From a virus (lineage: Duplodnaviria; Caudoviricetes), in IMG/VR virus record IMGVR_UViG_3300046131_000022, positions 1 to 64,000 of that record: DNA of 64,000 nucleotides. One strand, written 5' to 3'. A program made the position numbers and the translations under genes. The notes beneath the pieces were generated by a model. It was not told the origin of the DNA, ran no database searches, and saw nothing but the letters and a program-made list of their open reading frames with translations. Positions 45,166-55,800 of the stretch are shown piece by piece (the stretch's first letter is position 1; each line of letters begins with the position of its first letter).

Positions 45166-45377
45166 ATAAATCAACAGAATTACTCATCAAAAGCTCAACA
45201 AGCGGTTTCATTCTAGCCTTAATGGTTATTCTTGTTGGATCTATGCAACTACTTATGAAACAACCAGAGGACAGCGCAATTTATATTTGTTGCTGTTTCG
45301 CTTTAGGTTGGAATATCTACAGTGTTATCAGTGACAACATTAAAACATACATTCAACTAAATAAGGAATCTAAATAA
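45162..45377 (+). CDS. Small membrane protein
   Basis: 71 aa, two hydrophobic helices, inserted between sbcD and sbcC. Confidence 0.6.
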   Translation: MNKSTELLIKSSTSGFILALMVILVGSMQLLMKQPEDSAIYICCCFALGWNIYSVISDNIKTYIQLNKESK

Positions 45378-47528
45378 ATGATTCATCAAATAGCCCTAAA
45401 AAACTGGCATAAACATCATAATAAGACTTTCAAATTTACTGAAGGTCTTAATCTTATACGAGGTGAAAATGAAGCTGGAAAATCTCTTATTTTGGAAGCT
45501 ATTGACTTTGCTTTACACGGCAGCGATGCTTTGCGTCTACCTGTCAGCTTTTACCCTAATAATCTTAATGTGGTTTTGCATCTTTCCATTAATGGTGTTG
45601 AGTATATTATTAACAGAACCCCTAAAAAAGCGGAGCTTTTTATTTCGGGTTCTGAATCTCCGATTGCGTCTGGAACTAAGCCAGTTAATGCTGAGATCAG
45701 AAAAGTGCTAGGTTATAGCCGAAACGTTTTCTTGGTATCAAATTACAGCTCACAAGACTCAATTAATTACATTTCCACTTTAAAACCTGCAGAAAGAAAA
45801 CGCACCATCGACAACGTGGTAGGTTTAACTGCAGTGGAAACAGTTATTGCTGAACATAAGACAGAACTAACTTTTCTAAATAGACAACAAGGCATGGTTC
45901 AAGCACAAGAAGTTTTAGAACCAAATAAACCAAAAGGGTTTAAACAAACAAACACTGCAGACTTAATTGATTCTTGCAATAAGCAGATCCTTACCTACCA
46001 AAATGAGGTTGCTGTTCAAGAAAGCCTTAAAGAGCAACACATTAACTTAGAAAAGAATAAACCTGTAAAATTGATAGGTTTAGACCTCTCTGGTTTTATC
46101 GAAGGTTTAACAGAGCAAAAAATAGCTGAGACAAACAGCCAAATTGCTTCTTTAAGCAGACAACTCATTTCTGTTAAGCAAGAACTTAACTCTTTAAAAG
46201 AGGTCGTCAAACCTCAAGAACCTTCTAAAGCCAAAATAATTCCTAATCTTACGGATGATTATGTTTTTAAACTTAGACGTAAAAGACAAGAATTAACCAC
46301 CGCTTGGGATTTTGTGACTAAAGAACTTTTAAACACTATACAAATAAAACACAGCTATAGTATTTCTCACATTGAAGAAACCAAAAAACAGGAAAATCTT
46401 TACCAAGATTGGTTAGCTTTAAAAAAATTAAAAGCGTCTGGTTCAGTGGATTGCAACCATTGTGGGAATACTGTTTTCTTAGCTCAGGAATCTATCTCAA
46501 CACATTACGCTCACGTTCCAGAGGTGGTTGAGCCTGTCGTTAAATCTTCTACAGAAATGGAAAAACACAACGCTTTTGTTATTGAACAAACAGAGAAACG
46601 TAACAAATTAAAAGGGGAGAAATATCTACTCGAAGTAGAACTGGCTTCATTTAATCAAGAACACCCTACTGAAAATCAGATAGTTGAACATCTTGAAGCG
46701 GTTTCAGCTTGCACTATATTTGAAAAAGCAGATGTAGAATACAAGCACTATTTAGAACGTAAGAAAAACTTAGAGAACCAGTGTGTTGAGTTAGAAAAAG
46801 CTCTAAACCCATATAGATCTTGGTATTCAAACGATCAAATAGAACATCACCGATTGGCTTGCAAAAATATGGAGCTACAGCAAAAAAATGAACAAAGTAT
46901 CCAACAGTGGCAAACCACCAAGGATTCTTTGAAAGAATATATTGGTGAAGATTTAGTTAATCAGAAAAGAAACTATATTCTGAAATTACAACAGGATGTA
47001 AAAGGTTACATAGAAAATCAGGATTCTTGGATTACTTATGAACAAGATTTAAATAAGTTTAATTCTTGGAAAACCCAACTGGATGAGGTTAAAAAAGAAG
47101 TTGATTCTGAAAAGCTTCAAATCGAAACGTTGAATCTTTATAAACAAAAGATAAAAACAGCTATCTTACCAAGTGTGAACGCTGTTGCAAGCCAATGGTT
47201 AAACCGAATGTCGGATGGGAAACATAGCAAGATTGAATTAACCGATTCAATGGATATTTTAGTTAGTGGTGAACCTATCGAAGCCTTATCCATTTCAGGT
47301 AGAGCTTTAGGTCATTTAAGTTTGAGAATGGCTTTAGGTCAAGTATTAACTAACCATGTTTTTCCTGTTTTTATGGCTGACGAAGTGGATGCTTCTATGC
47401 GTAATGAACGAGGTCAAAAGGTTTTAGATGCTTTATACGATACGTTAAAAGGATCTATGAAACAAATTATTATGATTAGTCACCGTGAACTTGAAGTTGA
47501 ACGTGTGAGCAATTTTATTGAGGTTTAA
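45378..47528 (+). CDS. sbcC: SbcC/Rad50-like ATPase
   Basis: Walker A GENEAGKS, coiled coil with CNHC zinc hook, Walker B FMADEVD, IIMISH. Confidence 0.88.
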   Translation: MIHQIALKNWHKHHNKTFKFTEGLNLIRGENEAGKSLILEAIDFALHGSDALRLPVSFYPNNLNVVLHLSINGVEYIINRTPKKAELFISGSESPIASGTKPVNAEIRKVLGYSRNVFLVSNYSSQDSINYISTLKPAERKRTIDNVVGLTAVETVIAEHKTELTFLNRQQGMVQAQEVLEPNKPKGFKQTNTADLIDSCNKQILTYQNEVAVQESLKEQHINLEKNKPVKLIGLDLSGFIEGLTEQKIAETNSQIASLSRQLISVKQELNSLKEVVKPQEPSKAKIIPNLTDDYVFKLRRKRQELTTAWDFVTKELLNTIQIKHSYSISHIEETKKQENLYQDWLALKKLKASGSVDCNHCGNTVFLAQESISTHYAHVPEVVEPVVKSSTEMEKHNAFVIEQTEKRNKLKGEKYLLEVELASFNQEHPTENQIVEHLEAVSACTIFEKADVEYKHYLERKKNLENQCVELEKALNPYRSWYSNDQIEHHRLACKNMELQQKNEQSIQQWQTTKDSLKEYIGEDLVNQKRNYILKLQQDVKGYIENQDSWITYEQDLNKFNSWKTQLDEVKKEVDSEKLQIETLNLYKQKIKTAILPSVNAVASQWLNRMSDGKHSKIELTDSMDILVSGEPIEALSISGRALGHLSLRMALGQVLTNHVFPVFMADEVDASMRNERGQKVLDALYDTLKGSMKQIIMISHRELEVERVSNFIEV

Positions 47529-47566
47529 TTACTCTAAATTAACCTAATAATTTATTAAACAACCGA

Positions 47567-47626
47567 TTGACAAAATAGAACTTACTGATTAATCTTAAAT
47601 CCAAACACCACCATAGCGTGGTGTTT
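47567..47626 (+). promoter_or_regulatory. Sigma70 promoter with hairpin at the start site
   Basis: TTGACA, 17 nt, TAATCT; AAACACCAC/GTGGTGTTT 47603-47626. Confidence 0.7.
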
Positions 47627-47656
47627 TCTTTACCCTAACTTTTTGAGGACAAATAA

Positions 47657-48388
47657 ATGTCTAAATCTCCACCAGAAAATGTTGCTTTAAACCTAGATTT
47701 AATCAAACCATTGGGTGCTGCACAACTCTCTAAATTTATTAACCTTCGTGCAGGTCGAACACCACTGGTACTTGCAAGTGCTCAAAGTGTTATTAATCAA
47801 TTCAACTTGATTGAATCTGAATTAGAAGAAGGAAAAATGGCTGCAGCAGCAGGTGATTTAGATGGTGTTCGTGACGCTGTTTGCGACATTGTTCTACTCG
47901 CCTTTGGTCAAGAAGGACACATAGATGGTCTTAACTTAGACGCTGATTTTAAAACCATGTGTGCGTACAACATGACTCGTATTCCGCAAACGATTGAAGA
48001 AGCGGAAGAAACTAAAGAAAAGTATAAAAAACTTGGTATTGAAACTGAAGCAAAAACAATTTATTTAAACCTACCTCAATTTGAGGGTTATTTATACCCT
48101 GTAGTTTGCGTAAATAAGGATCAATGGGATTCTAAAGGAAACCACTATCCACCAAATAAATTTGTAAAATCTGTTAAATTTCAAGATGCTGCTTTTGAAA
48201 CCATTGAAGGTGTAGCGATTGAAGTTGAAGAAAACCTAACTGGTTTAGGCAACTTAATCACAGAACCAATGGTTGATTTATTTTTAAAAGAATTAAGTTC
48301 TTGGGAACAAGATGATGCTACCGATGGTTCTAGTTATGAAGAATTTATTGTTGACATGAAAACTCGCTTGGTTGGGAAACGTGCATAA
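47657..48388 (+). CDS. All-alpha NTP pyrophosphohydrolase (MazG/HisE-like)
   Basis: LIESELEE...VRDAVCDI acidic motif; lies in the nucleotide-metabolism cluster. Confidence 0.75.
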   Translation: MSKSPPENVALNLDLIKPLGAAQLSKFINLRAGRTPLVLASAQSVINQFNLIESELEEGKMAAAAGDLDGVRDAVCDIVLLAFGQEGHIDGLNLDADFKTMCAYNMTRIPQTIEEAEETKEKYKKLGIETEAKTIYLNLPQFEGYLYPVVCVNKDQWDSKGNHYPPNKFVKSVKFQDAAFETIEGVAIEVEENLTGLGNLITEPMVDLFLKELSSWEQDDATDGSSYEEFIVDMKTRLVGKRA

Positions 48389-49302
48389 TGAAAAATAATC
48401 AAATCAATGTAGAAAGAATTAAAGAGCATGTTGACGAAATGGGTTCTGACCTTCCGATGTATGCCAAAATTATTGAAGCTTCAAAGTGCATCGAAACAGG
48501 CGCAAAATTAGTTACCTTTGAACTATTTTTCCCACGTTGGATTTTAGCTGAACAAAATACACACCGTATTTTTTCACGTAACACTGGATCAAGTCGAGCA
48601 ATCCCATTGGTTCGTATGCTTCGCTCTTTGTGGAATACCCCTGCAGTACCTTTCTTTTGGGGTGCAAATAAAGCTGGAATGCAATCTGCAGAGGATCTAC
48701 CATTCTGGAAGGCTAAGTTATGCAACTTGGCTTGGTCAGTTCATCGTTTAGTAACTTTCGGAACAGTTTATTTTTTAAATAAAATGGGGTTACACAAGCA
48801 ATGGGCTAATCGACTTCTTGAACCTCACACGTATATTCGCCAAGTGGTGACTTCTTCAGATTGGGACAATTATTTGAATCTTCGTTTACACGATGACGCT
48901 CAACCTGAAATTATTGCTCTTGCTTATTTAATGAAGAAAGCACTTGACAATTGTGTTTTTAGATCAGTGTCTAATACACACAAAGAGAACGCACTGCGTT
49001 GGCATTTACCGTATGTAACTTTTGAAGAAAGAACACAGAATCAAGGTGAACCATATTACCTAGTAAGGTTATCTGCTGCTCGTTGTGCTAGAACCAGTTA
49101 TTTAAATCAGGAAGGTATGATTCCAAATCCTGAAAAAGAACTACTTACGTTCAACAAACTGGTTGGTTCTGAACCAATCCATGCTTCAACACTTGAACAT
49201 CAGGCTTACGCTGCAAAAAGTAAAGATTATCAATCACGAAACTTTAAAGGTTTTCATCAATTTAGAAAATTTTTTGAAGAAAACCGAAACCAATTTATTT
49301 AA
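48388..49302 (+). CDS. thyX: Flavin-dependent thymidylate synthase
   Basis: AEQNTHRIFSRNTGSSRAIP ThyX motif, LRLHDDAQPEI. Confidence 0.9.
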   Translation: MKNNQINVERIKEHVDEMGSDLPMYAKIIEASKCIETGAKLVTFELFFPRWILAEQNTHRIFSRNTGSSRAIPLVRMLRSLWNTPAVPFFWGANKAGMQSAEDLPFWKAKLCNLAWSVHRLVTFGTVYFLNKMGLHKQWANRLLEPHTYIRQVVTSSDWDNYLNLRLHDDAQPEIIALAYLMKKALDNCVFRSVSNTHKENALRWHLPYVTFEERTQNQGEPYYLVRLSAARCARTSYLNQEGMIPNPEKELLTFNKLVGSEPIHASTLEHQAYAAKSKDYQSRNFKGFHQFRKFFEENRNQFI

Positions 49303-49322
49303 TCTCAATCAGGAAGACCCTT

Positions 49323-49682
49323 ATGACGGAAATACACGTAAAGACAACAGTTGATGTCCCAACTAAAAAGCAAGAGGTTAAAGCAGAAATGCTTAATGTA
49401 ATTTATGGTTATGAAAAACTTGCAGGTATTTTAGAAAAAGCCCTTGACCAAGCGCAGAATGGTAAAGGAAATGAACGTCATCAAGTTGGCGGTGCTCCTT
49501 TTCATAAGCAACCTATTTGCGAACTGGGTCGTTTATACGGTACTGGCTATAACTTTGGTCAAGCTGCTAAAAAAGCCCATGAAACAGGTCAGTTAGCGAC
49601 TAAAGAAGCTAAATTAAATGAGCTGTATGGAGCTATTAATTATTTAGCTGCTGCAGCAATCTTAATTGCAGAAGAAGAATAA
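49323..49682 (+). CDS. Conserved-looking phage hypothetical protein (GKGNERH motif)
   Basis: 119 aa, helical, QA..GKG.ERH...GQA.KK...EL.GAINY pattern. Confidence 0.65.
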   Translation: MTEIHVKTTVDVPTKKQEVKAEMLNVIYGYEKLAGILEKALDQAQNGKGNERHQVGGAPFHKQPICELGRLYGTGYNFGQAAKKAHETGQLATKEAKLNELYGAINYLAAAAILIAEEE

Positions 49683-49744
49683 ACTTAAAGTCAAGACTGT
49701 TTTTTACCTTAAATTTCCATTAAATTAGAGGTTATAAGTCTACA

Positions 49745-49770
49745 AAACGGACGCTATATTGCGTCCGTTT
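49745..49770 (+). terminator. Hairpin upstream of nrdA
   Basis: AAACGGACGC-tatatt-GCGTCCGTTT. Confidence 0.6.
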
Positions 49771-49789
49771 CTTCTATGGGTAAATAATT

Positions 49790-51811
49790 ATGTTATTAGA
49801 ACAGCATATAGATCTTTCACGAGATCAATTGCTCACACACTTCGGCACAGAAACCTTAAAAGATCGCTACCTAAAACCAAATGAAACAAGTCCTCAACAT
49901 GCTTTTATGCGTACAGCCTTAGCTTTTTCTTCAAATGAAGAACATGCTTTGCGTATGTACGATTATGCCAGCAAGCAATGGATTGGTTTTGCTTCACCAG
50001 TATTGTCAAATGCTCCAGTAAGGACCAAGTTTTCAAAGGAATGGTCAAAAAACTTTTCTGCAGCTTGTTATGAATCAGTCCTTGGTGCTTTACCAATTTC
50101 GTGCTTCGTTGGTTATGTTGGTGATTCTCGTGAACAAATTGGTTTCCATTATTATGAACAACTTTGGTTAGCTTCGGGCGGTGGCGGTTACAAGGCTTAT
50201 TGGGGAGATCTTCGCCCTGTAAACTCAACAACTTCTACAGGTTCAAAAACAGGCGGTTTAATTCCCTTCTTTCATGTAACTGACGGCATGATCGTATCCA
50301 CGCACCAAGGTAATAATCGTAGAGGTGTTTACGGTGGATCTATTCGAGATAATCATCCAGAAATTATGGAGTTTATAGATTCAAGAAAAATGTCTGGTGA
50401 CAACAATAAAAGATCCAGAAACGTGTTCCAAACAGTAAACATTTCTGACTCTTTCATGTACGCTGTTTTACAGGATGCTAACTGGGCTTTAGTGGATCAT
50501 GAAGGTAATACTGTTGAAGTCATTAAAGCCAGAAGCTTATGGGAAAAAATTCTTGACAATCCGTTCGAAATTGGTTGCCCATTCATCCATTGGATTGATA
50601 ACTCCAACGACATGATGCCAAGTGTTCAAAAAGCATTAGGTTTACGTGTTAATACTGTTAATATCTGCACAGAAATTACACTTGCTACAGATGAATTTAG
50701 AACAGCCGTTTGTTGTTTATCGTCTCTAAATCATTTAAAACGTGACGAATGGTTCAACAATAAACAATTTATTGCTGACTGTGTTGAGTTCTTGGACAAC
50801 GTGCTTGAATATTTTATTCAAAACGCTATTTATGCTTGCACAAAAGATTTCCATTGGGCAGAACTCAAAGATACAATTCGTGTAGATTTGGCTGAAGCAA
50901 TTTTCGGCAAGAGCGAAGACTCGGAAAATTCTCTTTCTAAAGCAATAAAATCCGAAGTAAATAAAGAATTTATTGATTTAGAACCAATTGTAGAACGTAT
51001 GGCTCACAACATTGTTGAAAAACATATTATGGGTTATAAAAAAGCAGTTTATTCTGCCAAACGTGAAAGAGCGATTGGTTTAGGTATGATGGGTCTTGAT
51101 TCATACTTCATGGCAAACCAGATTGCTTATGAATCTCAAGAAGCTGTTGCGATCACACACAACACTTTTAAATGGGTAAAAGAGTCTGCTGTTGAAGCGT
51201 CATTAAAGTTGGGTTCTTTACGTGGTGAAGCTCCAGATATGCAAGGCACAGGACGAAGAAATTCCCATTTGCTTGCCGTAGCCCCAACCGCAACAAACTC
51301 TACAATTGCAGGTGGTATTTCTCCAGCTTTGGAAAAGCGATACAAAAACATATTTCCACAAAAAACCAAGTCGGGTACTTTCCAAGTCATCGAACCTGCA
51401 GCTATGGCGTTATTGGACAAATATAATATAAATAACCCTGAAACAATTAAGTTGATAAAAGATAGCGGTGGTTCGGTTCAAGCTATTAAAGAATTTACAG
51501 ATCATGAACGTAAATATTTAAAAACAGCTTTTGAAATTGATCAGATGTGGGTCGTAGAACACGCTGCTGCTGCTCAACCTCACGTATGTCAAGCAATATC
51601 TGTAAATTTATTTATTTTACCAGGTACGCCTAGAAAATATGTAAATGCCTTACATTTCAAAATGTGGGAAAAAGGTTTGAAATCTCGTTACTATTGCAGA
51701 ACAGAAGCGTTAAATAATAATGATGCTTTCGCTGACTATATAAAAATCACCAACACTATTGATTATGACAGACCAAACCTTTTTGAAGAATGTTTGGCTT
51801 GTGGGGGTTAA
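49790..51811 (+). CDS. nrdA: Ribonucleotide reductase class I alpha subunit (no ATP cone)
   Basis: SPVLSN, ISCF, NICTEI active site, APTATNS, SRYYCR, C-terminal CLAC. Confidence 0.95.
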   Translation: MLLEQHIDLSRDQLLTHFGTETLKDRYLKPNETSPQHAFMRTALAFSSNEEHALRMYDYASKQWIGFASPVLSNAPVRTKFSKEWSKNFSAACYESVLGALPISCFVGYVGDSREQIGFHYYEQLWLASGGGGYKAYWGDLRPVNSTTSTGSKTGGLIPFFHVTDGMIVSTHQGNNRRGVYGGSIRDNHPEIMEFIDSRKMSGDNNKRSRNVFQTVNISDSFMYAVLQDANWALVDHEGNTVEVIKARSLWEKILDNPFEIGCPFIHWIDNSNDMMPSVQKALGLRVNTVNICTEITLATDEFRTAVCCLSSLNHLKRDEWFNNKQFIADCVEFLDNVLEYFIQNAIYACTKDFHWAELKDTIRVDLAEAIFGKSEDSENSLSKAIKSEVNKEFIDLEPIVERMAHNIVEKHIMGYKKAVYSAKRERAIGLGMMGLDSYFMANQIAYESQEAVAITHNTFKWVKESAVEASLKLGSLRGEAPDMQGTGRRNSHLLAVAPTATNSTIAGGISPALEKRYKNIFPQKTKSGTFQVIEPAAMALLDKYNINNPETIKLIKDSGGSVQAIKEFTDHERKYLKTAFEIDQMWVVEHAAAAQPHVCQAISVNLFILPGTPRKYVNALHFKMWEKGLKSRYYCRTEALNNNDAFADYIKITNTIDYDRPNLFEECLACGG

Positions 51812-51815
51812 TTGA

Positions 51816-52862
51816 ATGCCACATATTAAACATGAAGATCTTACCTTAACTTCAACAAGACCATACTATCAACCATTTAAATATCAATGGGCTTATGATT
51901 TTGCTGAAGAACATCGTCGCATGAACTGGACAAAAGAAGAAGTCAGAACACTACATGAAGATATTGCAGATTGGAAAGCAATGTCTGAAACAGAACGTGC
52001 ACCAAGGCAATTCCTGTTAAATTACTTTGTTCAAGCCGATGTAGACGTTGGTGCTTCTTATTTTGATAATTTAGCCAGATGGTATAAGCAAACCGAACTT
52101 AGAATGGCAATTGGTCGAATTATTGATCGTGAAATGACTCATGTAGATAATTATGCCTTACTTCCTGATCAGTTTTGCATTCCATTAACAGAATACGCTG
52201 AAATGTTGAAGATTGATGAAGTTGCCGAACAGCACGACTTCATGATTCAGCAAGCCCAAAGTGACGATATTTATCAACGCTTAGCCACTATCTGCCGACA
52301 TATTTGTGGTGAAGGTATCGGGTTGTATGGTATTTTTCTAATGCTTTTGAATGATCAACGCTTTGGTCGAATGAAATCATTAGGTCAAGAAATTGTTTCT
52401 TGGTCTTCTCGTGATGAAAACCACCATTGTTTTTTCCTGACCAAATTGTTCAATACTGAAATCGAAGAAAACACAGACTATATTAAACGAAATATTGATT
52501 TGTTAGAAAATATGGTTGTGCAAATGTTTAAAAACTCAGTTACTCGTGGTGTAAATTATGCCAAAGCTGTGTATGAGCGTGGGGAACTTCCAGATTTAAC
52601 TATTGATCAAATCGAAATGTTTTTAAAACAATTAGCCGATGTTCGGGTTAAGAAATTAAACTTGGGTATTGAAACTATCTATGGTACTTCTAATATTTTA
52701 GAGTTAGATTGGGCTACTATGTTGTTCTCTGGTTCTTTAGATAATTTCTTTGAAACTGCAGGGACTAATTATCAGATAGGTGCTTTAACTGGAGAATGGG
52801 AATACCCTCCAGTAAGTTTTAAAAAAGATTCACACAAATATTTAGATCTTATGAACACCTAA
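51816..52862 (+). CDS. nrdB: Ribonucleotide reductase class I beta subunit
   Basis: W...E, FVQAD, REMTH...Y, GEGI.LYG.F, RDENHH di-metal ligands. Confidence 0.93.
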   Translation: MPHIKHEDLTLTSTRPYYQPFKYQWAYDFAEEHRRMNWTKEEVRTLHEDIADWKAMSETERAPRQFLLNYFVQADVDVGASYFDNLARWYKQTELRMAIGRIIDREMTHVDNYALLPDQFCIPLTEYAEMLKIDEVAEQHDFMIQQAQSDDIYQRLATICRHICGEGIGLYGIFLMLLNDQRFGRMKSLGQEIVSWSSRDENHHCFFLTKLFNTEIEENTDYIKRNIDLLENMVVQMFKNSVTRGVNYAKAVYERGELPDLTIDQIEMFLKQLADVRVKKLNLGIETIYGTSNILELDWATMLFSGSLDNFFETAGTNYQIGALTGEWEYPPVSFKKDSHKYLDLMNT

Positions 52863-52872
52863 AGAAAGCATT

Positions 52873-52898
52873 AAAAAGCCCTCAATTGAGGGCTTTTT
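52873..52898. terminator. Bidirectional terminator
   Basis: AAAAAGCCCTC-aatt-GAGGGCTTTTT between convergent nrdB and tail tip gene. Confidence 0.85.
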
Positions 52899-55800
52899 TC
52901 AGTTTGGATTATAGTTAATATTCTCACTACCTAAAGGTGGTACAGTTATTTCAGACCAAGGGGAGAATGTTGTCCCCCACTGATTTTGTGCTCTTACTTG
53001 GATTTTAGTTCCTACGATTCTAGGGTTGGTCACAATGATTCTAGCAGTTGTTTTGGATTCTCTAACCACATAAAAACTATTTTGGATAAACTCAAAATTA
53101 TTTGATCCAACGGCGGTTTCAAAACGAACACCAAAAGGATTTGTTAAACTATTGAGATCAATGTTAGTTTCCCAATCGGGTTGGGTTACATTGATTTGAA
53201 CATAGCCCTTCACAACTGGTTCTGTAGCTGGAGGTACGATAGGTTCTGGAGGTAGAACTTGTCCTGAAGAATCTTTATTACTAGAAATAATTTTAGTGAG
53301 CTGTGGTTGAATGTAGTTTGCTTCAATATTTGAAGTGTAATTCCACACCTCAGAAGAAGCCCTAACACCAGAGCCGTCTCTATCATAAACCAGTTGGAAT
53401 AGATACTTCCCTTTACCGTGGTTGGGTACGAAGAATTGATTTGTGTCAGGTGTTAATTTGATATTGTTGACATTCTCTACAGGTGTACTATACGAAAAAT
53501 ATTTAAATTTGTACTCGAACATATCAGATGTTTCTGCTGACCAAGAAACCTTAATATTTCCTCCTTCGGAAGTTATTCCTTGAAGGATTGGTAGTTTAGA
53601 GTCGGCTTCATTATAAGGAACAATATCTCGAATATACTTGGTTTCACCTGCTTCACCTTTACGATTATATGGTGTAATAAATAAAGAGATTTTTTTAGTT
53701 TCACGATCAAAAGCAGGGAAAAGTTCACCACCTAAACTAAATAGTCTTTTATTTCTTTGTTCACCAGTTGAGTCGTCTTGCCAAACAACATCGTAGTAAT
53801 AAGCTTCAACATTGGCTGTGAAATTGAGTTGATAAACCAGTTGACCATTGTAGGATGCCCAATCTTTATATCTTAGACGAACATTCTCAACAGAGCTTGG
53901 AGCAGGTTCTCTTTTGTATAAAACATCTTCAATATTGTATTGTAAGTTAACCAATTCTGGGTTGTTGATGTTGTCTACAGCTTCAAATTTTTTCTCTGAA
54001 ACAATTGCTGCTTTAAACTCAAAAACTTCACCCCCAGAAGGTCCTGTGGTGTCATCTTGAACCATACCTAAAACACGAAAAACTTTAGGTTGCCCATAAA
54101 CACCGCCTTTAATAACGATAGGAGTGTTATTCACTAAATATTCAATAAATTCAGTAACTTGTGTTATATTTAAAGTATATTCGTCTTCAGAATAAACACC
54201 CACTTCGGCTATTCCAAAAGGTGTGTGAAACATAACAATGTAATTTTGCTCTTTAAAAACTTGATCCCTCAAATGAATTTTATTTAAAACAGAATCAAAA
54301 GATTTTATTCTGGCATGGTTGCCCCAACCATTTTCTTTGTGTGCAATATAAAAATGGTCATAAATATTAACTAAATGCCCAAGGCGAGGGCATTGAAAAG
54401 TTGTAAAAATATCTTCATCCCTATTGGTTAATAGATTATAAACGCCTTGCCTAATTGCTTCAGAAACATTGGTACAACCTATTGCTTGAAACTCGTAAGG
54501 GATAACTCCATATTTATTAATGGACTCATTATCCACAATGGTTCTACGATCCTGATCATAATTATTTTCAGAATTGAGAAACGTAACACTAACCTGATTA
54601 TATTTAGATTCTAAGTCTGCAGAACTATATTGGAAGTTAGGTTGCGTAATCATTTCTGGAGTTACAAAAAAGTATGGTGTGTTTGGTTTATCCATAAAGC
54701 CAAAGTAAACACCATTGATTTCCCTTAATGTGGTATGCGCTGCCCCTGCAACATAATTAATATAGTCCTTGATTTTTTGTTTTTGTTGAACAACCTCATT
54801 AAAAGTGTATCTTGGAGAAACTTCACCTGTTTTCACAGTAGGTACTTTCTCATCACAATACTTTGCCAACTTGTAAAAATTGGAATTATCTATTTGAACC
54901 CTTCTTTCAACTGAGCGTAAACCCCAATCTTGATTCATGATTAATTCACGAAGAATCCAAAAAGGGTTATTAGTCCACCCTTTTTTATAGGTTCCATCCC
55001 AAGGGGTAGTTTCATCGTAGGTGTGCTCGAAAGGATTGTAATTTGAAGGTATTTCACAAATTAAACCATAAAACTCCCCTGAAAAATCTGGGATATTATC
55101 AAAACGGTCTGTATGTTGTGCCACAATATGGCATAGAGCTGTCTTTCTGTACGTTTTTTCGTTGTCGGTGATTAATGCCAAAGACTCTAAAGTTATTTCT
55201 TTGTTAGAGAATTTTTTTTCTTCGGACGTTAATTCTTTAGATAAACGCATAATTTGGATTTCCCAATCGTGGGTATCTCCTTCTTTATCAAAAATAGGTA
55301 TTGTTAATTCATACAAATACCCTGCTGTTGTTTTACCTTCAATTCGCAAAGCACCTGCATTATAAGCGTCTTGAATTTCTTGGTTTTGAGATAGTTGATC
55401 TTTAACCGCTTGGGCGTATTTTTGAGCTGCTACGTGTTGAACACTCATACCTTGCAAACCACTCAAACCATATCCGCTTCCTGTGTAAGAAGGAATATAG
55501 TTGTTTGTTAATTGGTCAGCACTTGAAATGATTTGACTATCAGTTAAAACTTCTTCTGCAAAAGATTTTTTATCTACTTCCGACATAGAATCAAAATCCA
55601 AACCCCTTCTGAAAGCTTCCTGTCTAAGTGTTTCTAATAGAGCTTTATTCCTGTAAAGGGATGCTGTTGTTTCATTAACAACAATCCAATCTGTCGTACC
55701 TACTTTTCTATATTTAACCGATAAAAGTAAAGATGATGTACTTGAATTTCCTTTAGAATCCCCTGCATAAAGTAAACTAACTAAAAGACGAATATCTATT

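Noticed and set aside
47657-49682. Z-genome or other base-modification cluster
   Set aside because: No PurZ, DatZ, glycosyltransferase or queuosine-type genes in the window; ThyX and NTP-PPase are ordinary
39371-52862. Introns or inteins in polA, nrdA, nrdB (also checked terL and helicase)
   Set aside because: ORFs are continuous, of normal size, with motifs in order and no intein ends or embedded endonuclease
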